A DNA stretch of 64,000 nucleotides from Eledone cirrhosa (Eukaryota): positions 35,154,001-35,218,000 of the forward strand of contig OZ024746.1 in assembly GCA_964016885.1 (NCBI GenBank). The letters run 5' to 3'. Positions 27,580 to 46,969 of the stretch are shown one piece after another. Each line of letters starts with the position of its first letter. Within the stretch, counting starts at the first letter, position 1. The notes under the pieces were generated by a model. That model searched no databases and was not told where the DNA came from. It saw only the letters and a list, made by a program, of their open reading frames with translations. Made by a program: the position numbers and the translations under genes.

Positions 27580-27767
27580 TGTTTCTAGTATTGGCACAAG
27601 GCCAGCAATTACCCAGTACATTACTGGTACTTTATTTTATCGACCCCGTAAGGATGAAAGGCAAAGTTAACCTCGGCGGGATTTGAACTGAGAATGGCAA
27701 GGACCGTAACTCTATGCGTCAAAGCATGGTGTCCGACCCTCTACCGATACTGCCAATTCACCGCCCT
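27580..27767 (-). mobile_element. Full-length SINE family A with 15-bp TSD
   Basis: TGGTCGAGTAATAAT at 27565-27579 and 27768-27782. Confidence 0.93.
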
Positions 27768-28345
27768 TGGTCGAGTAATAATGGTTCCTTAATTAGGCAG
27801 AGGGGAGTGTATGTATGTATATAAGCATGTATATATCTAATCTTTGCATGTATGTATGTATATTTGTACGCATGTATGTATGTATTTATGTATGTATGTA
27901 CGCATGTATGTATGTATTTAAGTATGTATGTTTGTACTCATGTATGTATGTGACGACAGGAGATGAAACTATTCCACCTTGCAACACAATTCAATGCAGG
28001 TGCGAGGTGTATATTACAGATAGGTTAATGAATCGTAAAAAAACTTTCTGACACAAATGAAAGACGTGCCCCGCTCTAAATCGTGGTTAGTCAACATGTA
28101 CGTACGTATATAGATATATGTTTATATATATATATATATATATGTGTATGTATATAAACATATATCTAGGCGTGTAAATATTTAAAAAAAAACACTAAGC
28201 ATTATGATAACATTAAAAAAACGTGTTTGGTTCTTCTAGTGACATAGTAATAAATATATAGCATGAATCCATGAGATAAACTATTTATACAAACTAACTC
28301 AGACACACACGCACATATATATATATATATGAGTGTGTATGTGTG

Positions 28346-28393
<48 letters not shown>

Positions 28394-28411
28394 CATATAT
28401 ATATATATATA

Positions 28412-28484
<73 letters not shown>

Positions 28485-28522
28485 AGATCAAAAGATGGTT
28501 AAAAGAGTTCCATGTATTTTAT

Positions 28523-28562
<40 letters not shown>

Positions 28563-29486
28563 AAGAGAGAGGTTTGATTAAATATATACATATATATATA
28601 TATATATGCCTATAAAAATGTATGTCTGAGTATACATACATCTAGACAGGCGGGAATGTATATGTATATATATATACATACATCTTCAAAAATATATATT
28701 TCCGATACTTACAAACTTCGCAGGTGCCTACTTGATTTGGCCATCACCAATTCTCCGGTGACAACTGTTTGTTGTTTTATAATTATACTTTGGAAGACAT
28801 AATTATTCCTGAAGACAGGCTGTATTCATCATATTATCTTCTCGGCTTACCATTCCATTTATCATTCATTTCTCGTCCACTCTTCCCCTCATTCCCGTCA
28901 CTCTTTCTCTCACCCCCTCTTCTCTCTCTCTCTCCCTCATGGTTCACTTGACACTTATTTGGTATTTACTTTTTCTAAATTTCAGGAATATTATACACAC
29001 GAAATCTATATGTTCACACACAGATTCACAAACGTACGTATACTCACACACACACACACACACACCCACACATATATATATATATATATATTATACCTAC
29101 ATATATAAACATATACATACATATATACATACATATACATATATATATAAACTTTTAACATACATAGAAATCTATGTGTGCTTATACGCAACGAGGAGAC
29201 AAATAAGTGTGTAAGTGATAAATTGGGGAAGAAGGGCGAATTGTTTTCACTAAATATTATACCGAATATAACAAACAAGAGTCAATTCAAGGGAGACACT
29301 TCTTGGGGGTTTGTGTGCGCACGTGTGTGCGTGTCTGTATTTGCTTTCAAAATTAAAATAAACACAGCTATATGTCTCCGCGTTTCTATTTACATGGTGC
29401 TTATCTTGTGATTCTCGGATTCTCCTTTTATCAACACTTCTTAGAATTCGCACACACACACACAGATACACACAGGCACACACACT

Positions 29487-29562
<76 letters not shown>

Positions 29563-30223
29563 TGTATATATAGAGCTGCTTAACCACGTTCCAGCCAGTC
29601 AGCCATACAATTCAGGTATGCCTCTATTTCCCCAATTGCAAATGTTCTGCTCACAATTATTGCTAGCTTCCACAGCACATTTATCTTTTTACCCTCATTT
29701 ACCCTCATCTGCCTCTCTACGAAGTCACCTACTCTCCTCCTCTCTCTTACACTATTATTAGTGTTGTTTTATTTATCAGTTCGCTTTCTCTTCAAAGTCA
29801 TCTACTCATATCTGTCTATTTTGCCATCAGATGCTACAGGCCATGATTTGGCTACCTACCTCACAATTTCCCTCCCACCCTAGCCTATTCGACCAATCAA
29901 CCTCAGCATGCCCCCCCCCCACACTCTCACCCACTACCAATCCCAACAAACCCTGCGATTTCTACTACTACCTACCTCTCTCCTCCCACGTCCCAGCCCA
30001 ACACACCCTACCATTATTACCACCACCACTGTTCTTCTAGCCCTGAATTTTCCTACAGTTATGTATGGATGAGCTGAGAATAAATGGAGCAACTCTGAAT
30101 TAATAAATGAAAATTAATATGAATCCGCGAGCACCCACGTGAAGCTCCAATTCAGAGACAGGAAGCACACGCACACCCTGCAAAAATCGACCCTTCCCCA
30201 CGAATGTTGACAAATGCCCAAAA

Positions 30224-33200
30224 CTCCGAGTTGGTACCATCAATGTAAGCACAATGAAAGGAAGAGCAGGAGAAATCGTAGAGATGCTAGAGCGAAAGGA
30301 AATTAATGTATGCTGTGTGCAAGAGACTAGGTGGAGAGGAGAGTTGCTAGAGTCCTTATAGGAAAAAGTCAGTGCTACAAATTTTTCTGGGTGGGAAATG
30401 ACGAAGGGATGGGTGGTGTAGGTATATTACTAGCTGACAAGTGGGTAGATAAAGTAATCTCAGTGTACAGGGTAAATGCAAGAATCATTAAACTCAGACT
30501 AGTCCTGAATAAAACAATTACCACAATAATATCAGCTTACGCACCCCAATCGGGGTTGCCAGACGAACTTAAAGATAGGTTTTACGAGTCCCTAATGCAC
30601 ACTGCTGCTCTAACAAACGACAATGACTTAATAATCATCGCAGGAGATTTTAACGGACACGTAGGTAAACACTGCGACGGCTTCAATAGAGTCCATGGAG
30701 GCCATAGGGTTGGCACTAGAAATGAAGAAGGATTCAGACTTCTAGAATTCTGCGACGCCAATGACATGTCGATATTTAACACAAACTTCAAAAAACCCGA
30801 CAACCACCTGATCAGGTCGTAAACACAAAAGCCTTCCCTAGCGAGGAATGTTCCTCCCAACATAGCTTAGTTGTCAGCGACCTCACGGTCAGAACTAGAC
30901 GAACCTGGAAACAGAAGCCAACCTGGAGAAAAAAGATGTGGAAGCTGAAAGACCCCTCAGCCAGTAACAGATTTAAAGATATTTAAAGCCTACGACAGTA
31001 AAGAAGAACAGATAGAGACATTCAATGTAGAAGAGCACTGGGAGTTCCTAAAAAATAACTTACTAGAGGCGACGGATGAGATCTGTGGCTGGAGTAAGGC
31101 CACAAGCAGGAGGAGAGTGACTTGGTGGTGGAACAATAAGGTAGATGAGGCAGTTAAGGCCAAGAGACAGGCATGGAAAGAATGGAAGAACGGGTGAAGC
31201 ATGGTACATTACATAGAGACGAAGAGGGAAGCTAGGCAACAAGTATACTTAGCTAGGAGGGAAGCAGAGGATAGAAAATTCAAGCATGTTTTGCAACGCG
31301 AGGACCAGAAACAGGAGGTGTTCAAGATTGCGAGGCAGTGTCAGAGAGAATGATGATGTCATTGGAGAGAAGTGTATCCGGAATGATAAAGGTGAGCTTG
31401 CCCTCACAAGTGCTGAGAAGAAAGGTACATGGAAGAGCCATTATGATAGAGTACTAAATGAGGAGAATGCATGGGAAGAAGAGACCCTACTCCAAGTAGA
31501 TCCTATAGAGGGGCCAGCAGTACACCTCAGCAGCAGCGTAGTAAGTAAGGCAATCAAAGATATGAAGATGGGGAAGGCAACCGTCCATCGGGTATAGCTG
31601 CCGAGATGCTGAAGGTATCTGGGTCTGTAGGTCACAAGGTCACACTATAACCACACGTATTGTTAACCAGGTAATACTAGAAGGTGTCATACCAAAAGAT
31701 TGGTGTAGTAGCATCATTGTCAACTGTTACAAAGGTAAAGGTGATGCACTAGATAGAGGAAACTATAGAGGTATGAAGCTGATGGACCAGGTCATGAAAG
31801 TAACAGAAAGAGTTATAGCACAGTTGATTAGGGACCGGGTGAAACTAGATGAGATGCAATTTGGGTTTGTACCAAGAAGAGGCACCACTGATGCCCTCTT
31901 CCTTGTGAGGCAGTTACAGGAAAAGTACCTAGCTAAAAGTAAGCCACTCTACCTGGCATTCGTCGATCTCGAGAAAGCCTTTGACAGAGTTAAACGTGCT
32001 ATCATCTGGTGGGCTCTTAGAAAACTAGGAGTAGATGAATGGCTTGTGAAAGCTGTACAAGCCATGTATAGGGGAGCAGTCAGCAAAGTTAGGATTAACA
32101 ATGAGTATAGCGAGGAATTTAGTGTACAGGTTGGTGTCCACCAGGGCTCTGTTCTTAGCCCTCTCCTGTTTATCATCGTCCTGCAGGCCATAACGGAGGA
32201 GTTTAAGACCGGATGCCCATGGGAACTCATGTATGCAGATGACCGCGCACTTATAGCTGGATCTATGGTAGAACTACAGAAGAAATTCCAAACTTGGAAG
32301 CAGGGACTAGAAAGAAAGGGTCTCAAAGTCGACCTGACAAAGACTAAGGTCCTTGTAGGTAGACGAGAAAACAGAACCCAGACCCCCTCAGGGAAATGGC
32401 CTTGCTCAGTATGTAGGATGGGTGTAGGTAGGAACTCCATTCTCTTCCCCAAATGCAAACAATGGGTACACAAGAGATGTAGCGGGATCTCAGGAAGTTT
32501 AATTAAGAATGTAGGCTTCACATGTAGCAGCTGTGCTGGGACAGCAAGCAGCAAACAGCTACAGGAAAAAAGTACCACCAATCTCTGGGAGGGCTCTGTA
32601 GAAACAATAGACAGCTTCTGCTACCTAGGTGACCGAATTAGCAGCGGAGGTGGGTGTTCAGAAATAACAATAACTAGGTTAAGAACGCGATTGAAGAAGT
32701 TCAGGGAACTACTGCCACTGCTAGCTGCAAAAGGCTTCTCCCTCAAAATGAAAGGCAGACTGTATGATGCGTGTATCCGAACAACAATGTTATATTGTAG
32801 TGAGACCTGGACGCTGAAGGTGGAAAAATTACGTAGATTAGAAGTAAACGAAGTCTGCATGCTCCAATGTATGTGCAATAGTAATATATGTGAACGGCAA
32901 AGTATAAATGAATTGAGAGAGAGACTGAGCATAAGAGGAATCAAAGGCTGTGTGCAGGAGAGGCGGTTGCGTTGGTATGGACATGTGATACGTATGAAGT
33001 ATGACAGCTGCATAAAAAGGTGCCGAGCACTAGAAGTCAATGGAAATCGCGGAGTGGGGAGACCCAAGAAGACCTGGGATGAGCTGATAAGATCCGACCT
33101 TACCCAATTACAACCTCTCAAAGGCGATGACACACGACCGTGACCTCTGGCGTCACGCAGTAATACACAGTACCAGACATCCCATGGCTACAAGCTGAAG

Positions 33201-33457
33201 CATATAGACAATATGCCCCCACACCCTCCCACTGCAATGTGGTCGTGGAGGTGCCACAGAAAAAAAAGCACCCAGCACTCACTGTAAATGAGGTTGGTGT
33301 TAGGAAGGGCATCCAGCTGTAGAAATCAAGCCAAAATCAGTTCCTGTATGAGCAAGGCATGGTTAGCCGACCAGACAGTGCCCAGAACAGGACAACCCGT
33401 CTAACCCATGCTAGCATGGAAGAACGGACGTAAAACGGTGATAATGATGATGATGAT
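30224..33457 (+). mobile_element. RTE-clade LINE, near full-length but frameshifted
   Basis: APE: LRVGTINV, VQET, SAYAPQ, AGDFNGHVG. RT downstream. 3'UTR GGTTGGTGTTAGGAAGGGCATCCAGCTGTAGAA and a (TGA)n tail at 33438-33457. Confidence 0.9.
31773..33143 (+). pseudogene. RTE reverse transcriptase segment with inserted PHD-like finger
   Basis: QFGF, FVDLEKAFD, HQGSVLSP, YADD, WPCSVC..KCKQWVHKRC..FTCSSC, FCYLG, RLRWYGHV, GRPKKTW. Confidence 0.88.
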
Positions 33458-33589
33458 ATATATATACATATATACCCACTTTGCTTTTTTTCTATCATGT
33501 AGAATTAGTGCACATCACTTTCGGTATTGTCCATCAACCACAATTTTTCTAACTTGCTAATCTTTTCTGATATACTTAAACATATTATT

Positions 33590-34200
33590 AAGTAGAATCG
33601 TTAGTGTGTCAGTCTAATGATTTGTGGCATTTAGTCCAGCGTATTATGGTCTATGTTCAAATCCACCCGAGATCCAATTTGCTTTCAATCATTTTGTGGC
33701 CCATAAAATAATATATGATTCATGAATTAGGCTCGATATAATGGACGTTCCCACTCCTTTCCTCGAAAACTCTTTAACATGAACGTACATTGGAAATTAT
33801 TATTATTAATATAATGGTGGGAAAGACGGTAAATTGACAGGATCGGTAGGGCGTTAAACCCCATGCTTTGCGACATAATGTTACAACCTGTTATATTCTG
33901 ATTTCAAATCCCGCCGATGTAAGCTTTACCCATCATCCTTAAAGGGTCGATAAAATAAAGTACCAGTAACGCACTGGTGTCGATTTAGTCGATTTTCTGA
34001 AAACATTGTTGGCCTTGTGCCTAAGAATAAAATCCCTTATTAATACGTCGGTAAAACCTAGGTCAAAATACCTTGCAGTATTTACGCGCAACTCCATATT
34101 GTCTGATGTCAAACCCTGTCGAAATCATCTTTGTATGTCATCCTTCCGGGGAAGATGAAATATATTGCCAATCAAGTACTGGCGTCGGTTCAATCGATTA
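33590..34200 (+). mobile_element. Cluster of three old SINE family A copies (clearest at 33823-34030)
   Basis: Repeated TCAAATCC B box and CATCCTT..GGGTCGATAAAATAAAGTACCAG core remnants. Confidence 0.7.
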
Positions 34201-36354
34201 CAAGGGATTGAGTAGTGCATATATAGACTTGTATATGAAATTTGTATTAAATTAGGCTAACTTCTCTATGTCCAATACAGCAGAAGACCGACGTATTTAT
34301 ACAATATATTTAGATGTAAAAAGCTTAATTTATCGAGTCACATCTATTCTAATATTTTCTGTCTAGGTCTGTTGATAAATCATAATTGGGAGCATTTCTT
34401 CTTCCATTTATCACGTATATTGGAAGTTCTTTAAGTCACAATCGTTGCACTTTCTATTCCGTTTGAATGCATTGTATTACTAACAATATTAGTACCCAAC
34501 CCCACCCACTGTATAGCACTCTAACCAGTTCTTCACAGATCGTTCGAATATCTAAACAAAACAAATATAAAAAGTCTGTTTTCCCTATTCTGAAATGCAT
34601 TTTTTTCCATGTTATGGTTTCCTGTTCAACCTGCAAACAGTATTATCACAACGCTTGTTGGTTTTATACTATATCCACGACAGTGAACATACTAATAATT
34701 TCCATATATATTTCAAACACGATAAAATATAGAGGTAGTTACATATCCATCTCAAATATGCGGTAATTTAATTGATGCTGATGACGATAATGATAATGAC
34801 AATAAAAATGTTGATGCTTACATTGATGAAATCATTTCCCCAGTTAAAACTACGCGTATGATCAAACAATACTAGAAAAAGAAATCTGATCATTCATAAG
34901 TTTCATTTCATCTAGCGTATTAATTTTCACAACTGACATGATATTATCCCCAATGGATGTTAGTGCCAATCCAATGTTTGACTTTCTAAATAGAATCCAG
35001 AAAATAGCAAGCGCGAAAATAAATTGATTTTTCCTATCATTCTGAAAGTTCGTGTTATTGATGACATATTAAATTTCCCAGCATAAAATATCAATATACC
35101 CTATGGCTTGTAAAACCCGAGGATGCTACTGCTTTCTGTATATATTATACTCTGAAAAGCGTCCTCAGATATTTCTAGGAATAAATTAGGAGACAGACTT
35201 TTTTTCCGTCATTCGTAGATAATATAAATTCGAATTCTCAGCAGCATATATAAATTTCTACTGGAAAATACTGATTTCCAATTTGGACTTTTGCGCCATC
35301 TGAATTGATCAACATTCTGATTATGGTTAAACATAGGATTTACCGAGTTTTCATAAATATAAATTTGATTTGCTGATATTATCGAAATTTTAAAGTGAAC
35401 AAATATGAATAATTTATTAGATATTTCTGCGTCAAAACAACAATCAAACAAATGTTTACAGTGTGAAAGATCTACAAATGTGAGACGAAACTAAACGCAA
35501 AGATATAGAATATGTAACTTATGAAGAAATGGTAAATATAAGGCGAACAAACAATAGTTAGCTTTAAGAAAATCTAAATATTATCCTCAAACTTTTAATA
35601 CAATACCAGTGATGCACAGTTTATGTGACTTTCAGGGAAATATACACACACAGACACACAGATATATCTATATGTATATATGTGTGTGTGTATGTGTGTG
35701 TGTGTATTATATGTATATGTAACAGACACATGTGCATGTATATATATATATATATAAAGATCAATGTAGCTGTATTATGAATAGGAATGTATCACATGTC
35801 CCCCAGCGAAAAATGCAGCATGGGGTGTATGTTTTTTATATATATCTTGTTTATATAGTGCTTTGGTTGTGTTTCTCATCTTATTGTCTAATATGTGTAA
35901 GAATGAATGTACGCATGCACAAATTAGTTATCCTTTATCTCACAGTTGTTTGGTTTTCCATCGCTCTTAATCTCTCGAAATCTCTCTCTCTCTCTCTCTG
36001 CCGCTTTCTCCCTCTTTCTCCCTCTTTCTCCCTCTTTCTCTCTTTTTTTATTCACGAGTATATATATATATATATATATATTATAAAGAAGAAAAACGCT
36101 TTTAAACGTACATCCTCTATTTATTGTATAATCCTGTTATGCGTATGTATGTATACTGACATACTCACAGACACACCCACACATATTTACACACATACAT
36201 ACGTATACACATACATACATACATATATACATACATTCATTCATACCTGTGCACATGCAAGGAAGCATGAATAGGTGATGGTAAATTCGTTTGTATGCAC
36301 GTGTGAACAATGCAATGAGAACAGAAAATTCAGAGGTAACATTGTATAACTTTG

Positions 36355-38110
<1,756 letters not shown>

Positions 38111-38524
38111 CGCTTTGTGTCTTTGCTTCCCTGTATTTGGGTTATTTCTTCAACTATATATATATGCAAACGCCAAACAGATATGACAAAGCAAGTGACA
38201 CATTACAATGTAGAAATATATTAGTTTAACGATTGATATAGTTGGAAAAGTGTCGTATCGTTTCGGATGCTAGTCCTACATCAGAAAAGAGAAGGAGAAA
38301 ACAAAAAGGAAATAGAAAGATAGAGAATGAGAAGAAGAAATGTAAACAGATGTTATTTTTTTAGAAAAAACACGTGTGTATTCGGTCAGCCATTTTGGAG
38401 AGAAAATATACCTATTCACACACACACAGACACTCAAAAACTCAGTCACACACACGCAAATACATACATACATATATATATATATATGTATGTATGTACA
38501 TTTATACATACATATATATATATA

Positions 38525-38689
38525 GTAATAATAAATGTGAAGACTAAAATCCAAAGAGGGCTCGATAAGGATAAATATATATCAAATATATAAGAGCCCT
38601 AGAGCAATTATTTATTAAAATGACAGAAGATCCTGTTAAGGATGAAAGCAGCGATTCTTTGCTTAAACTTTAATATTTTATTTTAATAA

Positions 38690-38692
<3 letters not shown>
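38525..38692. mobile_element. Fold-back family E copy
   Basis: Reverse complement of 24335-24440 joined through CAGA to the CAGAAGA hammerhead-like half. Confidence 0.8.
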
Positions 38693-38750
<58 letters not shown>

Positions 38751-38804
38751 ATCAAGTTAGAATATAGTTACCGATATATTACACACACACATACATAGAT
38801 TCAC

Positions 38805-38840
<36 letters not shown>

Positions 38841-40261
38841 CGAATCAAGTTAGAATATAGTTACCGATATATTAGACATTAGTTTTAAATACTGAATTAA
38901 AGGATCGTAAAATTGGTATCATATGTCTATGAAACAAATATGTCATGAAAGTAAATTTTAAGTAAAATAAGGCAGACGTTTATTTCTAATTTGCAACAGT
39001 AATGGATGTAGGGTGCAGACCTTTGCGCTAAGCTATGGAAATATGTTTCAAATTAGTTAGAGTCATTTGTGTTTCTGTTCAGTCCATAAATAGCTTTATC
39101 TTTCTTGGAAAGGTATAATTATTTATACCATGGACTGAGCAGGCATCGAAATCCTCTAATCGTATCGGTTTGACATATTTGATTACATTAAATGAGTAAA
39201 CGGATGTGGCTCCATGTATTCCTCGACCTACTGGAACCATCAACAAAATTGTCCTACAAATACTACTTTATTGTCTATAAAAGCGGTGAAAACTCCGTAT
39301 TATAAATCAGAGTATGTTGGCATGGATCATATGCACTGAAACAGATATGGATTGCCACGCATAAAACGCATGTCATCATGCCTGCTCAATTGTTTCTGAC
39401 CTGTGACTTTCCAACAACATATCACCACCAATGACAACAACTCTAACCAAATTTGCGATGATAACATCGTAAACAACAACAACAATGACAACAGGAACGA
39501 CAACTGCAACAGTAACAACAATCGATGATCAATATCCACAATATACAATTAAACTGATTAGCTTTAGAATTTACTCGTCGAATCGAATGATCAAACACAC
39601 TAAAATCACCTGCTTAACTATCTAACATTGTCTGATCTAATCACTTATCCAGAAGAATTGATCAACTATGATCTTAATTAGCTGTTAATCTCTCGAAACT
39701 AACCAGCCAGAAATTCTGGTGGGATAAATTCATTTATTGATTGCTTGAACAACTTGGAAAACTGACTAGTCTTGTATAATACGTTTAACTAAATCAGTTA
39801 ACTAAAGATTTTTTATGATTTTCGTATCAACTATGAAAACTAAAATTGTTGAGCATAAGGAAATAAATAATGTCCATGGATAAAATAAATAAGAGTATAT
39901 ATAAATGATCAAAGATAAAATTCATATAACACGACAGTAAATGGTGAGAAATAAAATGAAGGAAAAAAGAAACGATGTAGATAAAGATGTGAAAAAGTAG
40001 ATATCTAAATTTTAACAATGTATGCTGAAAATGGATGAAATGAAATAAAGAAAATGAGTTGAAATAAGATAAGATTAGGTAATATGGGGCGAACATATGT
40101 GAGATAGAAAGAAATGAGATATGGCAAATTCAAGTGTTGGTTGACATTAGGAAATAAATGAAATGATATGAAATAAGATAGAAATTTTATAGAATTAAAT
40201 GAAATCAAATAACATTGATTTTAGTGTTTAGTCTCTCATTCAAGATAATATTACGTTACAA

Positions 40262-40696
40262 GTGGTGGAGCTGTTAAATGCTGCGAGTGAAATTGGCTTG
40301 GTGTGGTGCTGGGTGTACAGGAGGACGCCATGGTTCGACCACGTGGTTATAGATGCCATTAGAACAAAGAAGGCGGCTTACAAAAATTACCTTGGAAATC
40401 AGTCCTCCTTATTGCACTTGCAGTACAAGCAAGCGAGGAAATTCGCCAAAAAGACAGTAAAGGCGTCCGACGTTCAGACATGAGAAGAATTTGCGGTTAT
40501 GCTGGAAGCTGACTTCAGATCAGCAAATAAAGTGTTCTGGCAGATCATCCACCGATTCTGTAATAAGAAGTCTCCCTCCACACCTTCTACCAGGAAGGCG
40601 TCTGGGGTTCGCCTCCTCTCGGAGAGGTGCAATCTCGCGAGTTGGAGAGAAAACGTTTCGTATCTCCTAAACCCGGTTACAAAAGCAAAAGTATAA
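40262..40696 (+). pseudogene. Old RTE-like LINE fragment (region between APE and RT)
   Basis: RTPWFDHVVIDAIRTKKAAY, YKQARK, LEADFRSANKVFWQII, W.E....LLNP. Confidence 0.65.
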
Positions 40697-40716
40697 CAAT
40701 ATCTGTTTCAAAATAC

Positions 40717-40730
40717 GTTTTCAGGTAAGA
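40717..40730 (+). other. Second candidate recursive splice site
   Basis: GTTTTCAG|GTAAGA, junction 40724/40725. Confidence 0.25.
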
Positions 40731-40908
40731 AATCTTTCAAATCAAATTAAATAACTAAATATATATATAGTGGTAAAATACCTGGAGGTTATATCCGTTG
40801 TTAGTACAGCGCTCAATCCAGAGGACGAGTTAGATATAGAGTTAGTTGCAGAAGACTATACTCGAGGACGCGCATTTCACCAGCTGGATTTTCATATCTA
40901 TCTATCTC

Positions 40909-41913
40909 TCTCGCTAACGAGCTGCAGTCCTGGGTGAAGAAAAGACCGAAAACGATGGGCGCCTGGCACATTGAATGCGCTCAGGCGCTCACAGTCCTCT
41001 GGCAAGCGGGCGCAGCAATCAGTGGAGACTCCACTTCGACATTCTATAGAGGGATTGTACGTTACAAGGGCGACGACGTGCTCGGAGAGACTCTGGGCGT
41101 CGAAGACGATGAGCTCACCAGTATGTTTGGTAGGACTTTCCGCCCGGGACCTATGGACAACTTACAGAGGTCCCTGGCCTGGCAGTGCTACCGAGGAGCT
41201 CTACCGGTTCGTGACAAGATCTACAGGCACGGACGCCCTGGCAGGGATCCTTCCAAGAGGACGTGTCCAAGATGTGCGCAGGACATTGAAACAGTTCTGC
41301 ACGCAATTGTACACTGCCCGGGCGTAAGCGACCTGTGGAACTATGCAGAACAACTGCTGTCGCGTATGGGACAAATACAGTTGACTGCCGAGTCCATAGT
41401 AAGGATCAAACCGCCAGACTCTTTCAAAAACGAAAGAGAGGCGGTTTTCCTCTGTACGGTGGCTATGGTGAAAGAAGTTATATGGTGGACGAGGTTGAGA
41501 GGACTGAGGACAGATGCCTTTCTCTCCGGACAACAATTGATTCCATTCTTTAAGTATCACTTTAGAAGGAGAATCAGGGTGGAGAGAGAGGCACTGCACC
41601 CCAGTAAATTTACTGAAAGGTGGGTGAATGAACCGAAAATGGCCCGAGTGATTGGGCCTTCTCTGTTTATAAGCCTGTAGGTTGAGGAACAGAGCAAAAG
41701 GAAGAAAGGAGCACTTGCACAACACGCTCCTTGAGTTGAGGGTTGTTCTATCGACGGGGTATTAAACAACCCATTTGTGGCGCCTCCCCCCTATTGGGGA
41801 TTTCGATTTTTGAAATTGTTTGTTTTTATATTTTTTACACGCTGTATGTAAAATCCCCGGCATGTCTTTGTATTGTCCCCTTTCTTGTTGCGCCCTTGTG
41901 GCTAATAAAGAAA
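40909..41913 (+). mobile_element. 5'-truncated Tx1-type LINE (related subfamily); ORF2 C-terminus at 40934-41680
   Basis: Protein is homologous to 15800-16560. Ends AATAAAGAAA-TCTATCTC and is preceded by TATCTATCTATC. Probable TSD ATCTATCTCTCTC at 40900-40912 and 41913-41925. Confidence 0.9.
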
Positions 41914-42010
<97 letters not shown>

Positions 42011-42669
42011 CTGATATACACATCTTATTGTGGATAGAGGCACAGGTACAAAAATCAGAATACAGAAAGACAATAAGAAAGACGGACAATGAAATAGAAA
42101 CATTGCGAGCGGGAACAGAGTGAGAAAATTGAGAAAGGAGAAAAAATAAAGAGTAGAATAGTGAAATGAACATTTTTCATAATCATGTTTTCATGATGAG
42201 GAATCCAATTTCTTTTTCTTTATTCCTTTCCAAATTGCTCACGTTTCTAGACAATGCACATTCTATTTTATTTAACTAGATACTCTGATTGCTGTGGGGG
42301 CTTTTTGCCGTTCATCTTCTTAATGTTCTAGTAGTTGTAGCGATATTTTTTTCTATTTGGGTTTGTTTAGGTTTTATGAATAGAAAAGGCAGTTCTAGGG
42401 ACTGTCGATGTGTTCATAGATTTTATAATTCTGAAATTGTATAATAGTGTAAATGGGATAGAACATTATATTCCTCTGCGTTATTTCGACCTAGAGTAGT
42501 CACAAATAACTGCCATATGTAATATACATTGACAAATATTAAATATGGTAGAAGGTAAAAAAAAAAAAAGAAACACCGTTAATTCCAGTCTATCAAATTA
42601 CGCATATAAACGCATAAACATACCAAAGAGGGCGCAGACACGTAAACATACAAGCATACACATATGTGC

Positions 42670-44650
<1,981 letters not shown>

Positions 44651-44781
44651 GATAAATCTACCAAGAGTTTAGGGTAGTGTCCAATCCGTATGAAGAACTC
44701 AATGTAATCCGGATATCATGGAAAGAAGAGATGCAATGAAAAATCACTTTCGGTGAAAGATTAACGGAATACAGAGTCAAG

Positions 44782-45308
<527 letters not shown>

Positions 45309-45582
45309 GCACACGTTTGTATGCTCATTTTCGGGTGAGTGAGCGTAAGGATATTTACCTATATTTCTTAATATAACATCATTTACCTATATATTCGTAT
45401 AACAGAACTCACATTAGATTGACTGTCTATATATATATGCATTAATAGAAACATACGCCCACACATACATATATTATATATATATATATAGTTGAAAATG
45501 AAAGAACAAAACACAGGAGACACTAGTACGCAGTTATATTAGGTTGACGCTTGGTGGAAGTTGTGGGGGGGGGGGGATATAT

Positions 45583-45631
<49 letters not shown>

Positions 45632-46102
45632 TACGCTGCGCATTATGTGTTGATTGATCGTTTCAACTGTTCGCACAAACACCTGTACATAAAACTATGT
45701 TCACATGTGTGTGTGTACAAACAAACATATTGTGATGAAATGAGTGCAACTGGAGTGAAACACAGAAACATTGATTGGGGTGGGGTAAATGAATCAGAAA
45801 TGTAGGTAATAGAATATATGTAAGAATAAGGGAAACATTACTGGAAGAACAAAATATAGGAAGACAGAAATTTATAATAACGTATAATTGTAGTGATTGG
45901 ATGTATGTACAAATGCTTAAAACATTTCCCAGGCAAGTGCAAACAAAAATTCAATTACGCACACGTGCATGCACACACATATACATATACACGCACACAG
46001 GCACACATACCGACACATACACACATATACATAACAAATGTCAGGACCCCGACGGCTGAGCTCCGGCCGTTTCGACAGCTAAATCCGAAATATATATATA
46101 TT

Positions 46103-46238
46103 AATAATGGTTTCTACTTTTGGCACAAGGAAGGCAAGTATTCCAGTACATTACTAGTACTTTATTTTATCGACCCCGTAAGGATGAAAGGCAAAGTTAA
46201 CCTCAGGGGGATTTGAACTTAGACCGTAAAGGGACGTA
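46103..46238 (-). mobile_element. 5'-truncated SINE family A
   Basis: Tail and core match. Confidence 0.85.
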
Positions 46239-46401
46239 ATAATAATTAAAAAAATTGAAGACTAAAATCCAAAGAGCGTTCGATAAGGATAAATATATAT
46301 CAAATATATAAGAACCCTAGTGCAAATATTTATTAAAATAACAGATAAAAGTTTAAGAAAGGGTGAAAACAACGATTCTTTGCTTAAACTTTAATCTATT
46401 A

Positions 46402-46467
<66 letters not shown>

Positions 46468-46818
46468 CCGTAGAGCAAATATTTATTAAACTTTATTCTG
46501 TTATTTTAATATATATATATATAAGATTGTACGGGGAATCGAGAAATTTGAATACAACCACTCGTATGTATATTGATAGTTGGTAACTACAGCTAATAGT
46601 TATACAGATCTGTTAAAATACACTTGGTGTCTCTGTCCATATTTTTCCTCTGCGATGTTCCTTTATCCGGTTTATTCTTTTATAGTTATTTACATGATTT
46701 TATGTTATATTATTAATATTGTAGCAAATATATTTTCAAATACATATATATGTGGTATGTATATGCGTGTGTGTTTGTACATATATGTAGATGTTTCTTT
46801 TTATTAAAACGTGCTCAC

Positions 46819-46935
46819 AACCTGATGCAAATTATGCATAATCTTTAATAAAATTACATTTGTACAGAATAAATTAAAAACCCTCAGTTTTTTTAGTATA
46901 CTTAAGCACATGTATTAGTCCACACACATATATAT

Positions 46936-46969
<34 letters not shown>

